NCBI GenBank assembly: GCA_965224195.1
Contig: OZ245040.1
Location: 1,280,001-1,344,000 of the forward strand
Reading direction: 5' to 3'
Source of the DNA: Nitrosopumilus sp.
GTDB taxonomy: Archaea > Thermoproteota > Nitrososphaeria > Nitrososphaerales > Nitrosopumilaceae
Length of the DNA stretch: 64,000 nt
The translations under genes and the position numbers were made by a program. Shown here one piece after another: positions 1 to 10,193 of this stretch. Position 1 is the first letter of the stretch. The number at the start of each line of letters is the position of its first letter. Below the pieces are notes generated by a model. The model did no database searches. It saw only the letters and a list, made by a program, of their open reading frames with translations, and was not told the DNA's origin.

Positions 1-631
1 ACTACAACCATCTTCTGTTTATCGTGCAGGAATTGCATTTTTAATTATCGGTACTATTATTGGTGGATACTTTGTATTTACAGATGGAATTACTATTGCA
101 ATAATCTTGGGATTTGCAATTTTATCTATCTATTTTTATTCTACTAAAATTGTTGACTCTGGATTGGGTGAATTCTTTGTTGCAGTAAAAGGCTCTATGA
201 TTGTAATTGGTACATTTTTTATTCAATCTGGAGAAATTTCACTTGAATCAATGTTTGCAGGAATTGTTGTGGGATCTTTATCCTCTCTAGTATTATTTAT
301 TGCATCTTTTCCTGATCATGATGCAGATAAATCAAAGGGAAGAAAAACTTTGGTAATCACAGTTGGTAAAAAAAGAGGTGCACAGTTATTTTGGATTTTT
401 CCTCTTGTTTCATATTTGGCCATAATTATCGGTGTTTCTGCAAACTTGTTTCCTGTATATTCTTTGATTGGTTTTCTTAGTATCCCATTAATGATAAAAT
501 CAGGTATTGGTTTACAAAAAAATTACAATTCTATAGAAAACCTTGTACCATACATGTCATCTACATTGATGTTTGGTAGAATCACTGGAGTGTTGTTTAT
601 AGTTGGATTTTTAATTGATAGTATCACTTGA
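1..631 (+). CDS. UbiA/MenA-family prenyltransferase (5'-truncated by window edge)
   Basis: Multi-TM protein with FPDHDADKSKGRKTL Asp-rich motif; reading frame open upstream of the ORF-track start. Confidence 0.85.
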   Translation, partial: LQPSSVYRAGIAFLIIGTIIGGYFVFTDGITIAIILGFAILSIYFYSTKIVDSGLGEFFVAVKGSMIVIGTFFIQSGEISLESMFAGIVVGSLSSLVLFIASFPDHDADKSKGRKTLVITVGKKRGAQLFWIFPLVSYLAIIIGVSANLFPVYSLIGFLSIPLMIKSGIGLQKNYNSIENLVPYMSSTLMFGRITGVLFIVGFLIDSIT

Positions 632-661
632 CATAAATTTAGCAATTTATAGAATGATCTC

Positions 662-1762
662 ATGATTCCTGGTTTTGCTAGTCCTGATGGAACACAAAAA
701 TTTGCTAAAAATTCAGGCGTAAATGAAGGTAATTTTAAAAAATTTGAAAATTTACATCTATCCAATATTGGTATTGGAACCTATCTTGGAGATCCTGATA
801 CTCAAACAGATCAACTAGTAACAAATGCAGTAAAGAAATCAATTTTGTTGGGAATTAATGTAGTTGATACTGCAATTAACTATAGATCTCAAAAGGCAGA
901 ACGCTCAGTTGGTAAAGCTATTTCTGAATTAATTGATGATGGTAAAATTACTCGTGATGAAATTTTCATCAGTTCAAAAAATGGATATGTTACTAACGAT
1001 GCTGATGTTCAGTTGGGTTTTTGGGAGTATGTCAAAGAAGAATATTCTCAAAAAGGTGTAATCCAAGAAGGTGATGTGACATCGGGATATCATTGTATGA
1101 CTGTTCAATATCTTTCTGATCAATTGGAAAGAAGTTTGAAAAATCTAAACATTAAGTGTCTTGATTTGATGTATCTTCATAATGCAGTTGAGGGTCAAAT
1201 AAAAGATGTATTCAAAGAAAAATTTTTAGAAAATTTAAAATCTGTTTTTGAATTATATGAACAAAAACGAAAAGAAGGCAAAATTAAATTTTATGGTATG
1301 GCAACATGGGAATGTTTTAGAGTTCCATCCGATAACCCACAATATCTTTCACTAGAGGATACGGTAAATTTAGCAAAACAAGTTGGAGGTGAAAATCATG
1401 GATTTCGATTTGTTCAATTACCTTACAACATGAATTATGATCAAGCTTTACTTGCAAAAAATCAAACACTTGGAAATGAACATGTGTCTATTTTAGAATC
1501 TGCAGTTAGATTGGGAATTGGTGTGTTTACTAGTGTACCATTCATGCAGGGACGTTTACTAACTCCTGGTACGATGCCTGAATTTAATGAATTAAAACCA
1601 TCTTTACGCGCTTTACAATTTATTCGTTCAACTCCCGGTGTTTTAGCACCATTGGTAGGACAGAAATCCGAAGCACACGTTTTGGAAAATCTTGAAATTA
1701 TGAAAATTCCATCATTGTCTAACGAGGAATTTCTTGCATTAGTAAAGAAATTAACATCCTAA
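662..1762 (+). CDS. Aldo/keto reductase
   Basis: IGIGTYLG, DTAINY, SERSVG-like AERSVG, SKNG and LDLMYLHN motifs of the AKR family. Confidence 0.9.
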   Translation: MIPGFASPDGTQKFAKNSGVNEGNFKKFENLHLSNIGIGTYLGDPDTQTDQLVTNAVKKSILLGINVVDTAINYRSQKAERSVGKAISELIDDGKITRDEIFISSKNGYVTNDADVQLGFWEYVKEEYSQKGVIQEGDVTSGYHCMTVQYLSDQLERSLKNLNIKCLDLMYLHNAVEGQIKDVFKEKFLENLKSVFELYEQKRKEGKIKFYGMATWECFRVPSDNPQYLSLEDTVNLAKQVGGENHGFRFVQLPYNMNYDQALLAKNQTLGNEHVSILESAVRLGIGVFTSVPFMQGRLLTPGTMPEFNELKPSLRALQFIRSTPGVLAPLVGQKSEAHVLENLEIMKIPSLSNEEFLALVKKLTS

Positions 1763-1797
1763 ATCATCAGCCTCAAAATTCTGTATAAAGATAATAA

Positions 1798-2190
1798 ATG
1801 AGTGTAATTGAGGGTCATAGTAATTTGTCTGCAAAAATATATGATTATACAAAAATCTGTAATTCCATATTCACAATTGACCCTAAAATTAGATTTGCTG
1901 GGGTGATAAATGAACGAGGTCGATTAGTAGCTGGTGGTATGAAGGAGAATGTTGAACCCTTAGAAAGCGAAAAAGATGATGAAATGATTTTCATGGAATT
2001 GGCATTGCGCGTAAAGATGAGAAAAGAATTTGATAAACAACTAGGACTTGTAAATTTTGCAATGGCATCTCGTGAACGTGCACTTGCAATTAGTGTAATA
2101 ATCAATGATGACATTTTGTATGTAGTATCTGAACCTGATACTGATTATGGCACACTACCAAAGAAAATCATTGAAATAATTCATTCCTAA
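1798..2190 (+). CDS. DUF6659-like roadblock/profilin-fold protein
   Basis: DPKIRFAGVINERGRLVAGG pattern typical of the expanded thaumarchaeal family. Confidence 0.75.
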   Translation: MSVIEGHSNLSAKIYDYTKICNSIFTIDPKIRFAGVINERGRLVAGGMKENVEPLESEKDDEMIFMELALRVKMRKEFDKQLGLVNFAMASRERALAISVIINDDILYVVSEPDTDYGTLPKKIIEIIHS

Positions 2191-2258
2191 TTTGATCGGG
2201 TTTCCAATTTTGGGACTTTATGATCTTCTTAATTAACAATAAAATTTGATTATTTTAC

Positions 2259-2453
2259 ATGTTTGCCAATGAAAAGTTAGATTTTGATTATTTAGCAATA
2301 TCTGAATTGACTAAAGAAATTGGATTGATTGTAGAGGATTCTTTTGATGAGGGGCGAACTGATTTGTCTTCTTCTGACATTGAACATATTTTAAAAATCA
2401 CTTCTGATGTGACTCATAAAATTAAATCACAATCACGGGAAATTATCATATGA
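2259..2453 (+). CDS. Hypothetical protein
   Basis: 64-aa ORF whose stop overlaps the next start (ATGA). Confidence 0.6.
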   Translation: MFANEKLDFDYLAISELTKEIGLIVEDSFDEGRTDLSSSDIEHILKITSDVTHKIKSQSREIII

Positions 2454-2704
2454 ATTTCTGTAATGACCGACATGAACCTATTTACAAAATAAAGTACAAA
2501 CCTCTTACTTTTGGTGGAAATATTAGTGAATGGTTAGTTTGTGAGAAGTGTTTTGGAAGACAGGAATTTTTTGGTGCTGCTGAAGAAATTGAATCTATAG
2601 TTTCATTAAGGGATTGCATTGAAATTGGATTGAAAATTGAACATCTCTCTATCATGACTGGAACTGTTACAAAAAAACTCAAAAACCCTCTTCTAGTCAA
2701 TTAA
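2450..2704 (+). CDS. Hypothetical protein (possible Zn-binding, CxxC)
   Basis: 84-aa ORF with CNDRH and VCEKC motifs; coupled to the upstream ORF. Confidence 0.6.
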   Translation: MNFCNDRHEPIYKIKYKPLTFGGNISEWLVCEKCFGRQEFFGAAEEIESIVSLRDCIEIGLKIEHLSIMTGTVTKKLKNPLLVN

Positions 2705-2757
2705 GATTGAATCCATTATAGATGAAACTATAAATTGAATTTAAGAGTGGAAAATCT

Positions 2758-2904
2758 GTGCCAGTAGATCCTGTTTGTGGAATAGAACTTGATGAGGAAT
2801 TAGCTTTAATTCATGATCATGATGGAAAAAAAGTTTATTTTTGTTGTTCAGGATGTAGGCGAATTTTCCTCAAAAAACCTCGAAAATATAAAAATAATAT
2901 TTAG
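2758..2904 (+). CDS. YHS/TRASH-domain small protein
   Basis: Read manually (below ORF-track cutoff): VPVDPVCGIELDEELALIHDHDGKKVYFCCSGCRRIFLKKPRKYKNNI. Confidence 0.85.
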   Translation: MPVDPVCGIELDEELALIHDHDGKKVYFCCSGCRRIFLKKPRKYKNNI

Positions 2905-3851
2905 ATTGGAAATGCTCCACACATTCTACAAAATTTAGACTTTCCAACATGATGTTTGCAGTATGGGCACGTTTCATTTGATTTAGAATCTACGGGGATG
3001 CCGTACAGTTTTTTAAAAATTTCATAATAGTACATTGATTCCCTACTTCTAATTATAACATCATCTGTTTTCTCTACTGTGAGTTTTTTCTCCACGAATT
3101 GCTCTTCACCTACTATTGAATCAAATAGATTAGTTAATCCTGCTGTTCCAGAGCCATCTTGCATTGGTGATTTCTCTCTCCATGCAATTTGTCGTGGAAT
3201 ATTTTTTTCAAAAGTTTTCCGTAAAATCCATTTACCGTGTCTCTTACCATCTTCTTCTTTGATTTTGAGATTAACTGGAATTTTTTCAGCCAGTTGGATT
3301 ACTTTATCATTTAGAAATGGGGATTCTATGCTTATTCCTAATGCTTTACCTATCGCCTGTGTTGGAAAGTGCATCACTGAGCATACTCTTTTGATTTCTC
3401 TTTCTAACTCCTCTTCAGATTTATTTATGAAAAAACTGTATCCTGCAAATAATTCATCTGCTCCGTCGCCTGTAATTATTGATTTTTCTCCATTGTTTTT
3501 TGCCCATTTGATTGCTAAATACATTACAACGTTATTGCGAATTTCAATATCGTTAAAATTCTTTAAAATTCTAATTGTTTCTTCTATTGCTTCTAGAATT
3601 TGTTCTGTTTTAACATTGTAAATTGTTAATGGTAATTCCATTTTTTTTGAAATCATTTGACAATATGTCAGATCAGTTGAAACAAAATCTTCAGCAATTA
3701 TTGCTACACCTTTAGGTTTTTTATGTTTTAAAAAATATGTAATTATGGAACTATCTAATCCCCCTGATAGTGATATCAAGTTTGATTTGCATTTGTTACA
3801 TGACTCTTCTAAAACACTGTAAAGATTATTTGAAAACTCTTCCAATACCAT
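2901..3851 (-). CDS. Asparagine synthase C-terminal domain protein
   Basis: SLSGGLDSS PP-loop, TGDGADELFAGY, PFL and KWILR motifs; C-terminal double CxxC. Confidence 0.85.
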   Translation of the reverse strand: MVLEEFSNNLYSVLEESCNKCKSNLISLSGGLDSSIITYFLKHKKPKGVAIIAEDFVSTDLTYCQMISKKMELPLTIYNVKTEQILEAIEETIRILKNFNDIEIRNNVVMYLAIKWAKNNGEKSIITGDGADELFAGYSFFINKSEEELEREIKRVCSVMHFPTQAIGKALGISIESPFLNDKVIQLAEKIPVNLKIKEEDGKRHGKWILRKTFEKNIPRQIAWREKSPMQDGSGTAGLTNLFDSIVGEEQFVEKKLTVEKTDDVIIRSRESMYYYEIFKKLYGIPVDSKSNETCPYCKHHVGKSKFCRMCGAFPI

Positions 3852-3954
3852 CGATGTTATTTTGAAATTAAAATAGATATGCCTAATGAGGCTGGACGGA
3901 TAAATTCATTTTTTATTGCAAACTTTAAATCCTTAATCCAATTCTTGATGGGTA

Positions 3955-4371
3955 TTGCTACTTCCTGCTGAAATAGAATCTAAAACTCTAATCCCTGCAT
4001 TACGTGCTATTCTTGCTAAAAAACTTGCAAAAGATCATAACATTAGAGAGGATGAAATTTCTAAAATGTTGGGTGTGACTCAAGCTGCAATTAGTAATTA
4101 CATTAGAGGTACACGTGGTGATCCTTCTTTGATTGCAAAACTTTTGGCAGAAAAACAAGTTTCAATAATGATTGATGAGTTAACTGATAGTCTTTCTTCA
4201 GACATGGCATACACTCCATCTAGTCTTTCAAAATTTATTGGACTTTGCAATTTTATTAAATCAAGTTTGTTAATCTGTGAGATACATCACAATTTAGAAT
4301 CAGACATTGATGAGCAAGTTTGCAAAGAATGTGAAAATATGCTTCTTAAAGGTCCTGGAAGCGTTTACTAG
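3955..4371 (+). CDS. HTH transcriptional regulator
   Basis: EISKMLGVTQAAISNYIRGTRG helix-turn-helix; C-terminal Cys/His cluster. Confidence 0.85.
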   Translation: MLLPAEIESKTLIPALRAILAKKLAKDHNIREDEISKMLGVTQAAISNYIRGTRGDPSLIAKLLAEKQVSIMIDELTDSLSSDMAYTPSSLSKFIGLCNFIKSSLLICEIHHNLESDIDEQVCKECENMLLKGPGSVY

Positions 4372-4682
4372 TTTTTAATTAAAATAATTTCAATTGTTGA
4401 TGTCATATCTCCAATCCCTGCAGCAGATACTGTGTCTAGATTGATTTTTTGAACTTTGGAGTTGCCTTTGAGCATTTTTTCTGTTATGATGTTTGCTACT
4501 GCAACTGCATTTGGTATTGAATTACCTCTTGATTGTAAAACTACTTTCTTTTTATTTCCTGATATTGATAATACTTCGATAGCTGATTCCATAACTGGAT
4601 AATTTCCTATTTTTATTGTGGCTTGTTCAGACTCTTTGGTCTGCTCTTGACCAATTGGTTCAGATGTCTCTTCCATGAGCAT
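4368..4682 (-). CDS. Alba-family DNA/RNA-binding protein
   Basis: IKIGNYP...LQSRGNSIPNAVAVA...STIEIIL Alba-like pattern. Confidence 0.8.
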   Translation of the reverse strand: MLMEETSEPIGQEQTKESEQATIKIGNYPVMESAIEVLSISGNKKKVVLQSRGNSIPNAVAVANIITEKMLKGNSKVQKINLDTVSAAGIGDMTSTIEIILIKN

Positions 4683-4806
4683 TATTAAATATTTAGAAAT
4701 TTTATGTTCTTTTAAGTTTTGTCGACGATAGGTTCATGTTTAATTATCTCTATATGCAATTTTGTCAACTAACAGGAACTATTTTTAAAATTTTATTTGT
4801 TATTGA

Positions 4807-5298
4807 TTATTTCTCAAAGTAATCAATCGGCATATTCTGATAATCTCCGTTAGGAAGTACACGTCTGATTGTAATTGGTATTACTCTTTGTTCTAACTCT
4901 TCCATTGAAATATCTAGTGAAATTCTAGCAGATTTTGGAATTGGGATAAATGGTGGTGCACCTAATGATAATTGCAATGCTCTTGCTCCCATAATTCTTG
5001 CTTTTTCAAATCTTGTTAATGTTGGTGGCCCAATTGTAACTTTATTTTTCTCACAAGGAATTTCCACTGGATCATGCTCTTCAATTCTTTCAACAACTTC
5101 CCTGTTTTCAATTTCTTTGATTCTTTTTTCAAGACTATCTTGTTCTTTTTCAGTTAATGGTTCAACAAGATCTTTTCTGTCTATTAATTTTCTATAGGTA
5201 TCTAATGCTTTGTTTAATCCTGCATTTTCCTCAACCTCTGCATCTAGTTCTTCAGGTTGTGGAGCTTCGATTAATTCAGTTTCATTAGGTTTAGACAA
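4807..5298 (-). CDS. rpoK: DNA-directed RNA polymerase subunit K (Rpo6)
   Basis: LTRFEKARIMGARALQLSLGAP signature; start placed at TTG 5298 to avoid overlap with the divergent gene. Confidence 0.92.
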   Translation of the reverse strand: MSKPNETELIEAPQPEELDAEVEENAGLNKALDTYRKLIDRKDLVEPLTEKEQDSLEKRIKEIENREVVERIEEHDPVEIPCEKNKVTIGPPTLTRFEKARIMGARALQLSLGAPPFIPIPKSARISLDISMEELEQRVIPITIRRVLPNGDYQNMPIDYFEK

Positions 5299-5350
5299 GT
5301 AAGAAAATTTCCTTAAAACGTTATATAATCTAATCATTTTAAAGTACAAA

Positions 5351-5737
5351 TTGAGTACATCGTCAGTCTCCAGAAAACAACTAATTTTAGAAATTCGTGG
5401 AAAAGTAAAAGTTTCATGTGATCTAAAACGACATTTGTCCCCGAGAACTGTTGGAACCATAATGAGATCTTTGCCGTTAGAAGGTCATGCACATTTACTT
5501 GGAAAAAGCATTTTGTATTTTGAATCTACTGTTGATTCTGGAATTGAAAGATCTAGAACTGAATTCAAGAAAGGGGATGTTGCATTTTTGCCTTCAACTG
5601 GAAGTGTGTGTTTTTTTCTAAATGATGCTGCATTTACAAAAACTATGACTCCTATAGGAAAACTCGGTGAAAATATTGATGCATTAAAGGATGTTAAATC
5701 TGGTGATGTGTTATGTATCTATGAAGAAACTGCTTGA
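5351..5737 (+). CDS. Cyclophilin-like fold protein
   Basis: SPRTV...LPLEG...YF...KGDVAFLP...CFF...PIG pattern. Confidence 0.8.
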   Translation: MSTSSVSRKQLILEIRGKVKVSCDLKRHLSPRTVGTIMRSLPLEGHAHLLGKSILYFESTVDSGIERSRTEFKKGDVAFLPSTGSVCFFLNDAAFTKTMTPIGKLGENIDALKDVKSGDVLCIYEETA

Positions 5738-6027
5738 TACAAATAATGGCCTGAATAACCGCCAACTTTTTTTACAATTCCTTGACTTGTAGATTCTTTT
5801 AAGAATGAATTTGCTGCTGAAATTTTAACACCTGTTTGTCTTGCAAGATCTTGAACTGTAAGAACTTTGGAATTTTGAATAATTTTTAATGCTTGTTGCT
5901 CATTTACCATAACTGTAATCTCTGCTTTCTTTGGTCCTCCTTCTCCTTTGTCTTTCTTTTTCTTTGTGTCTTTAGAACCTGCAGACTTGTCTTTGTTTCC
6001 TGCTGTTGGTTTTTTTGCTCCACCCAT
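5719..6027 (-). CDS. rps25e: 30S ribosomal protein S25e
   Basis: Basic N-terminus MGGAKK; winged-helix region LTVQDLARQTGVKISAA. Confidence 0.85.
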   Translation of the reverse strand: MGGAKKPTAGNKDKSAGSKDTKKKKDKGEGGPKKAEITVMVNEQQALKIIQNSKVLTVQDLARQTGVKISAANSFLKESTSQGIVKKVGGYSGHYLYQAVSS

Positions 6028-6119
6028 GATTTTAGAAAAAAATATTCCTCTTATAAACGATGAACCAATTTTGGAATTACTAGTTTAATGATTAAATATC
6101 ATCTTGATTACTATTCTAT

Positions 6120-6332
6120 ATGGGAGTAATATCAAAAGGAGCAAAATGCAATTTTGAGAGCTGTGATCAAGACGGCGCTCGTTCTCTTAACACTAGCAAA
6201 GTAGAAAATGCTGGGTTGCGTGTAAACTCATCTGGCAAAAAAACAGTTCTTTGTAAAGAACACTACAAAGAATACAAGAAAGAATCTAAAGCTGATCGTG
6301 ATCTTGAACGTGCTCGATTTGACAAGTTTTAG
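6120..6332 (+). CDS. Conserved small Zn-binding hypothetical protein
   Basis: CxxxxC ... LCKEHYKEYKK. Confidence 0.75.
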   Translation: MGVISKGAKCNFESCDQDGARSLNTSKVENAGLRVNSSGKKTVLCKEHYKEYKKESKADRDLERARFDKF

Positions 6333-7420
6333 TTTTTCTTAGATTTTTTTATTTTATTGGCAGGATTTTTAAAATAATCATCACTTAGATTTTTGTATAG
6401 TTTGTCAAGTTTTTTGTAAAGTCTTTTTGGTTTTCTACTCTTCTGATTGCTCAGAACATACAATGCAAGAATAGGAAATGCTATGGTGGCATCTGCATAA
6501 ACTGTGACCATTCCATTATGTGCATCTTGGACTTTGCCCCAACTTTTACCTTCTTGGAGTGTTGCACCTGACAAACCTCCCGTATCTGGACGTGCATCAG
6601 TTATTTGAATAATGTAATCTTGTCCTCCATTTGCTCTTTTTAGAATTTGATCTAAAAGCGGTCCTGTTTGTTGAGCCGTATTCTTTGGTACTCCGCCACC
6701 TAATTCTAAAATTCCTGATTTTTTCGAATCATACACGATAGCAGCTTGTTCTATGATCTCCCTTACAAAATCCAAATTGTATGTTTTGCCTGCTAATCTA
6801 TGTACTGCTAAATTCAAAGCTAGAGAAGAATCTTTTATTGTTGAAACGTATATGGGAACATCATAATCGTATGCTGATGTAACGAAACTCTTTTCAGGAT
6901 GTTTTGCTTTTTCTTTGCTTAATCTTCCCATTAAATTACAAAATTCTGCAGTTGTAAATGGCATATCTGGAAAATCATCTCCGAACATTTTCTGAATTAA
7001 CTGGTCTTGAGCTTCTAATGTTTCATTAAATTTAATATATACATCCCTGATTCTGACAATTTCATTTTCAAACAACTTCATGTCGTTCACATCAAAACTC
7101 CCTTGTTTTACTGGAAGTCCCCATGCAAAATGATCCTCGTGATATACATTGGCCCCTGTTGTGACAATCCAATCTACGAAGCCTCTTTCAATTAGTGTTT
7201 TGATTATTCCACCAAATCCTACTGGTGTCATTGCACCTGAAACTGTCAGACAAATTGTTGCATCTTCTTCAATCATTTTTGCATAAAGTTTTGCTGCATC
7301 CCCTAACTGTCGTCCATTAAATCCTGAGCTTGCAAACACATTGACTAAGTCCTCAATGGTCATTTTAGGATCTAATTTGATATGTGGAATATCTTTACCA
7401 TGAAATTCATGTGGATCCAT
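6329..7420 (-). CDS. Deoxyhypusine synthase-family protein (DHS / homospermidine synthase-like)
   Basis: SGAMTPVG, TTGAN, GGGVPKN, DTGGLSGATLQEGKSWGK and DATIAFP motifs. Confidence 0.9.
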   Translation of the reverse strand: MDPHEFHGKDIPHIKLDPKMTIEDLVNVFASSGFNGRQLGDAAKLYAKMIEEDATICLTVSGAMTPVGFGGIIKTLIERGFVDWIVTTGANVYHEDHFAWGLPVKQGSFDVNDMKLFENEIVRIRDVYIKFNETLEAQDQLIQKMFGDDFPDMPFTTAEFCNLMGRLSKEKAKHPEKSFVTSAYDYDVPIYVSTIKDSSLALNLAVHRLAGKTYNLDFVREIIEQAAIVYDSKKSGILELGGGVPKNTAQQTGPLLDQILKRANGGQDYIIQITDARPDTGGLSGATLQEGKSWGKVQDAHNGMVTVYADATIAFPILALYVLSNQKSRKPKRLYKKLDKLYKNLSDDYFKNPANKIKKSKKN

Positions 7421-7495
7421 GTTTGGAAACTAATTTTTTGGTAAATAATACTATCGAATCCTTTTTGATGGATGCTGAAAATCAAAGTGCACTAA

Positions 7496-8767
7496 ATGAC
7501 GTTTAAAAATTATGTTTTCAAAAATTTATGGCTACAAGTTGTACTTTCTTTAATCATAGGACTAGCTGTGGGATTAATTTTAGGAGGTGATATGGGTGCT
7601 GGACTAGAAGGTGATGATCTTGATTTTGTTACATCATATCTTTCAATTCCTGCTGGTATATTTTTGAGTATAATTTACATGATTATAGTTCCGTTAATTT
7701 TCTCCTCAATTGTTGTATCTGTTACTTCTTTAGGAGCAACAAATAAGCTAAAAACTCTCGGATTAGGTGTTGGCGCTTATTTTGTAATTACCACTACAAT
7801 TGCAATACTTGTAGCGATATTATTGGTGTCAATAGTGTCTCCAGGTAATTTACTTGATATTTCGTTACTCAAAGAATCATACGATCTTACAGATGATGAT
7901 GTAGAAATAAAAGATAGTTTTGCATTAGATGATATTCCAAGTGCAATCTCAAATATTATTCCAAGAAATCCTATAACTTCATACCTTGAAGGACAAATGC
8001 TAAGCATTTTGGTATTTGCCCTGATTGTCGGGTTGGCAATGGCATCTCTTCCAAAAGAATCAATCAAACCTGTTTTAGACTTGCTAGAATCAATTCAAAA
8101 AATAACAATACACATTCTAATGTTTTCAATGAAAATAGTGCCATTTGCAGTGTTTGGTTTGATTGTTGGAATGGTGGCAAAAGTTGGTATAGAATCAATG
8201 GTTGGAATGGGGGCATACATGGGAACTGTTGTACTTGGTCTTGGAGTAATGCTGCTGGTGTATATGTTAATCTTGAAGTTTGTAGCAAAGAGGCCCATAT
8301 TATCTACATTTTCAAAATTCCGTAATCCGCAAACTGTGTCTTTTTCAACAGCTAGTTCAATGGCAACAATGCCCGTTACATTGAAGACTGCAGAAGAGAG
8401 TCTAAAGATAGATCCAAAAGTATCAAAATTTGTAATTCCGTTTGGAACTACTGTGAATATGGATGGTACTGCTTTGTATCAAGTAATAGCTGTTTTCTTT
8501 TTGGCACAGCTCTTTTCAATTGAATTAAGTCTGTTGTCTATGCTTCTAATAATCGTCACCTCTCTTTTGGCTTCTATTGGAACTCCTGCTGTACCTGGAG
8601 CTGGCGTAATTGTCTTATCTACGATACTAGTAACCGTTGGTATTCCTCCAGTTGGGATCTTACTATTAATTTCTGTAGATAGAATTTTGGACATGATTAG
8701 AACTATGGTCAATGTCACAGGAGATCTTACAGCTAGCTGTGTCTTTGATAAAATAACGCGAGATTAG
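7496..8767 (+). CDS. Dicarboxylate/amino acid:cation symporter (DAACS)
   Basis: FSTASSMATMP, PFGTTVNMDGT and DRILDMIRTMVNVTGD motifs. Confidence 0.93.
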   Translation: MTFKNYVFKNLWLQVVLSLIIGLAVGLILGGDMGAGLEGDDLDFVTSYLSIPAGIFLSIIYMIIVPLIFSSIVVSVTSLGATNKLKTLGLGVGAYFVITTTIAILVAILLVSIVSPGNLLDISLLKESYDLTDDDVEIKDSFALDDIPSAISNIIPRNPITSYLEGQMLSILVFALIVGLAMASLPKESIKPVLDLLESIQKITIHILMFSMKIVPFAVFGLIVGMVAKVGIESMVGMGAYMGTVVLGLGVMLLVYMLILKFVAKRPILSTFSKFRNPQTVSFSTASSMATMPVTLKTAEESLKIDPKVSKFVIPFGTTVNMDGTALYQVIAVFFLAQLFSIELSLLSMLLIIVTSLLASIGTPAVPGAGVIVLSTILVTVGIPPVGILLLISVDRILDMIRTMVNVTGDLTASCVFDKITRD

Positions 8768-8840
8768 ATGTAGAATTATTTTTGATAGTAACCCGTATTG
8801 ATATTATTACTTATTTAGGAATAATTCCAAATAATACAGA

Positions 8841-9176
8841 ATGAATATTGTAGATTTACATGATCCTAAACGCGTAGATAGAACCCCTGACACAGTTGAG
8901 ATTTTATTTTCATCTGGAAATTTCATCCAAGATGAATTCAAAATCTCAAAAGTAGAATTACGACTTTATTTAGAACAAACTGATGAAAAATTAGGCGTTT
9001 TTTCTTTAATCACATCTTTTGTTGAAACTGATAGAGGATCGGTAGAAATGATTTATGATGAAGGATTTCGTGGAGAAGAATCTCTTTTAAGAGCAAGTAA
9101 ATTTCTTACATCTAATTTGGGAATCTCTGGGTTGATTCTGCGGTCTGTTATCTCCTTGAGAGAAAAATCAAATTAA
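8841..9176 (+). CDS. Hypothetical protein
   Basis: 111-aa ORF with host-like composition. Confidence 0.7.
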   Translation: MNIVDLHDPKRVDRTPDTVEILFSSGNFIQDEFKISKVELRLYLEQTDEKLGVFSLITSFVETDRGSVEMIYDEGFRGEESLLRASKFLTSNLGISGLILRSVISLREKSN

Positions 9177-9352
9177 TTTTTCTATTTTCTTTAGCCTCAA
9201 ATTCAATTAATTTGTCATTTGTTTTAATGACACAGAGAATTACTAATGGTCTAATAGATGTTGAATCTGTAATTCAAACTGTGGATGATTCAATTACTGA
9301 TTCAAACGTAGAGGAATAACTCCTTTATTTTTTATTTTTTTATTTGAATATT

Positions 9353-9850
9353 TTACCATATTTTTCCTTGTTTTTTTAATTGACTTTTTGCATTTTTTGA
9401 AATAGTATCCAATGTATCTGAATCATAATTGGCCCCTTCAAAATTTGTAGATTCTAGTACGGCACCATCAAAATTTGTATGTCTGAGATTAACGCCACTA
9501 AGATTTGCATTACTCAAATCAGCATTTCGTAAATCTGCATAAAACAAGTCTGCCCCTCTAATATCTGCCCCCCGCATATCTGCTCCATACAAATCAGCAT
9601 CCCATAGTTTTGCACTAGACAAATTTGTTTGCTGTAAATCTGCCCCTCGCATTTTTACATAAAACAATATTGAACCACTCAAATCCGCCTCACTAAGATC
9701 AGTACAACTCAAATCAGCATTGTGAATGTCTCTATTTTTGAGATTTACTCCCTTCATGTTGGAATCTGAAAAATCTCTACCAATCAATTCTTCATATTCA
9801 AAATTAACTTTTGATAGATTCCTTTTCCTAAAAACATCTGATGGGTTCAT
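9353..9850 (-). CDS. Pentapeptide repeat protein
   Basis: Tandem A(D/N)Lxx repeats. Confidence 0.92.
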   Translation of the reverse strand: MNPSDVFRKRNLSKVNFEYEELIGRDFSDSNMKGVNLKNRDIHNADLSCTDLSEADLSGSILFYVKMRGADLQQTNLSSAKLWDADLYGADMRGADIRGADLFYADLRNADLSNANLSGVNLRHTNFDGAVLESTNFEGANYDSDTLDTISKNAKSQLKKQGKIW

Positions 9851-9913
9851 TGTCTGTTTTTATTTATCAATATGGTACATTTGAATTTAGATCTAAAATA
9901 TGACCTGAGAGGT

Positions 9914-10066
9914 CTACTTGTTGTATAGTTCCAATTCTTGTAAAATTTTACCCATAGCATGCTTCCATCTTCGCATTTCATCAATCCCGTGCGGTCTGTT
10001 CTTTTCTAATTCTTTCTTTTCTTTGAGTAGTTCCTGATGTCTATGCTCGTCTTTTCTACCTTGCAT
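9914..10066 (-). CDS. Small hypothetical protein (50 aa)
   Basis: Read manually: MQGRKDEHRHQELLKEKEELEKNRPHGIDEMRRWKHAMGKILQELELYNK. Confidence 0.55.
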   Translation of the reverse strand: MQGRKDEHRHQELLKEKKELEKNRPHGIDEMRRWKHAMGKILQELELYNK

Positions 10067-10193
10067 GATTCATTTGTATTCATTCTGAATAAATTTCAAT
10101 AGTAATTCTGGGCTGACTAATCTTCTAGAACCTCCTCACGGTATTGTGGTTTTTGAGAATCGTATATTTATGCCCGATTTAATATCTCTAAAC

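Noticed and set aside
9353-9850. 15-bp periodic DNA repeats as a novel array
   Set aside because: Explained by the pentapeptide-repeat protein.
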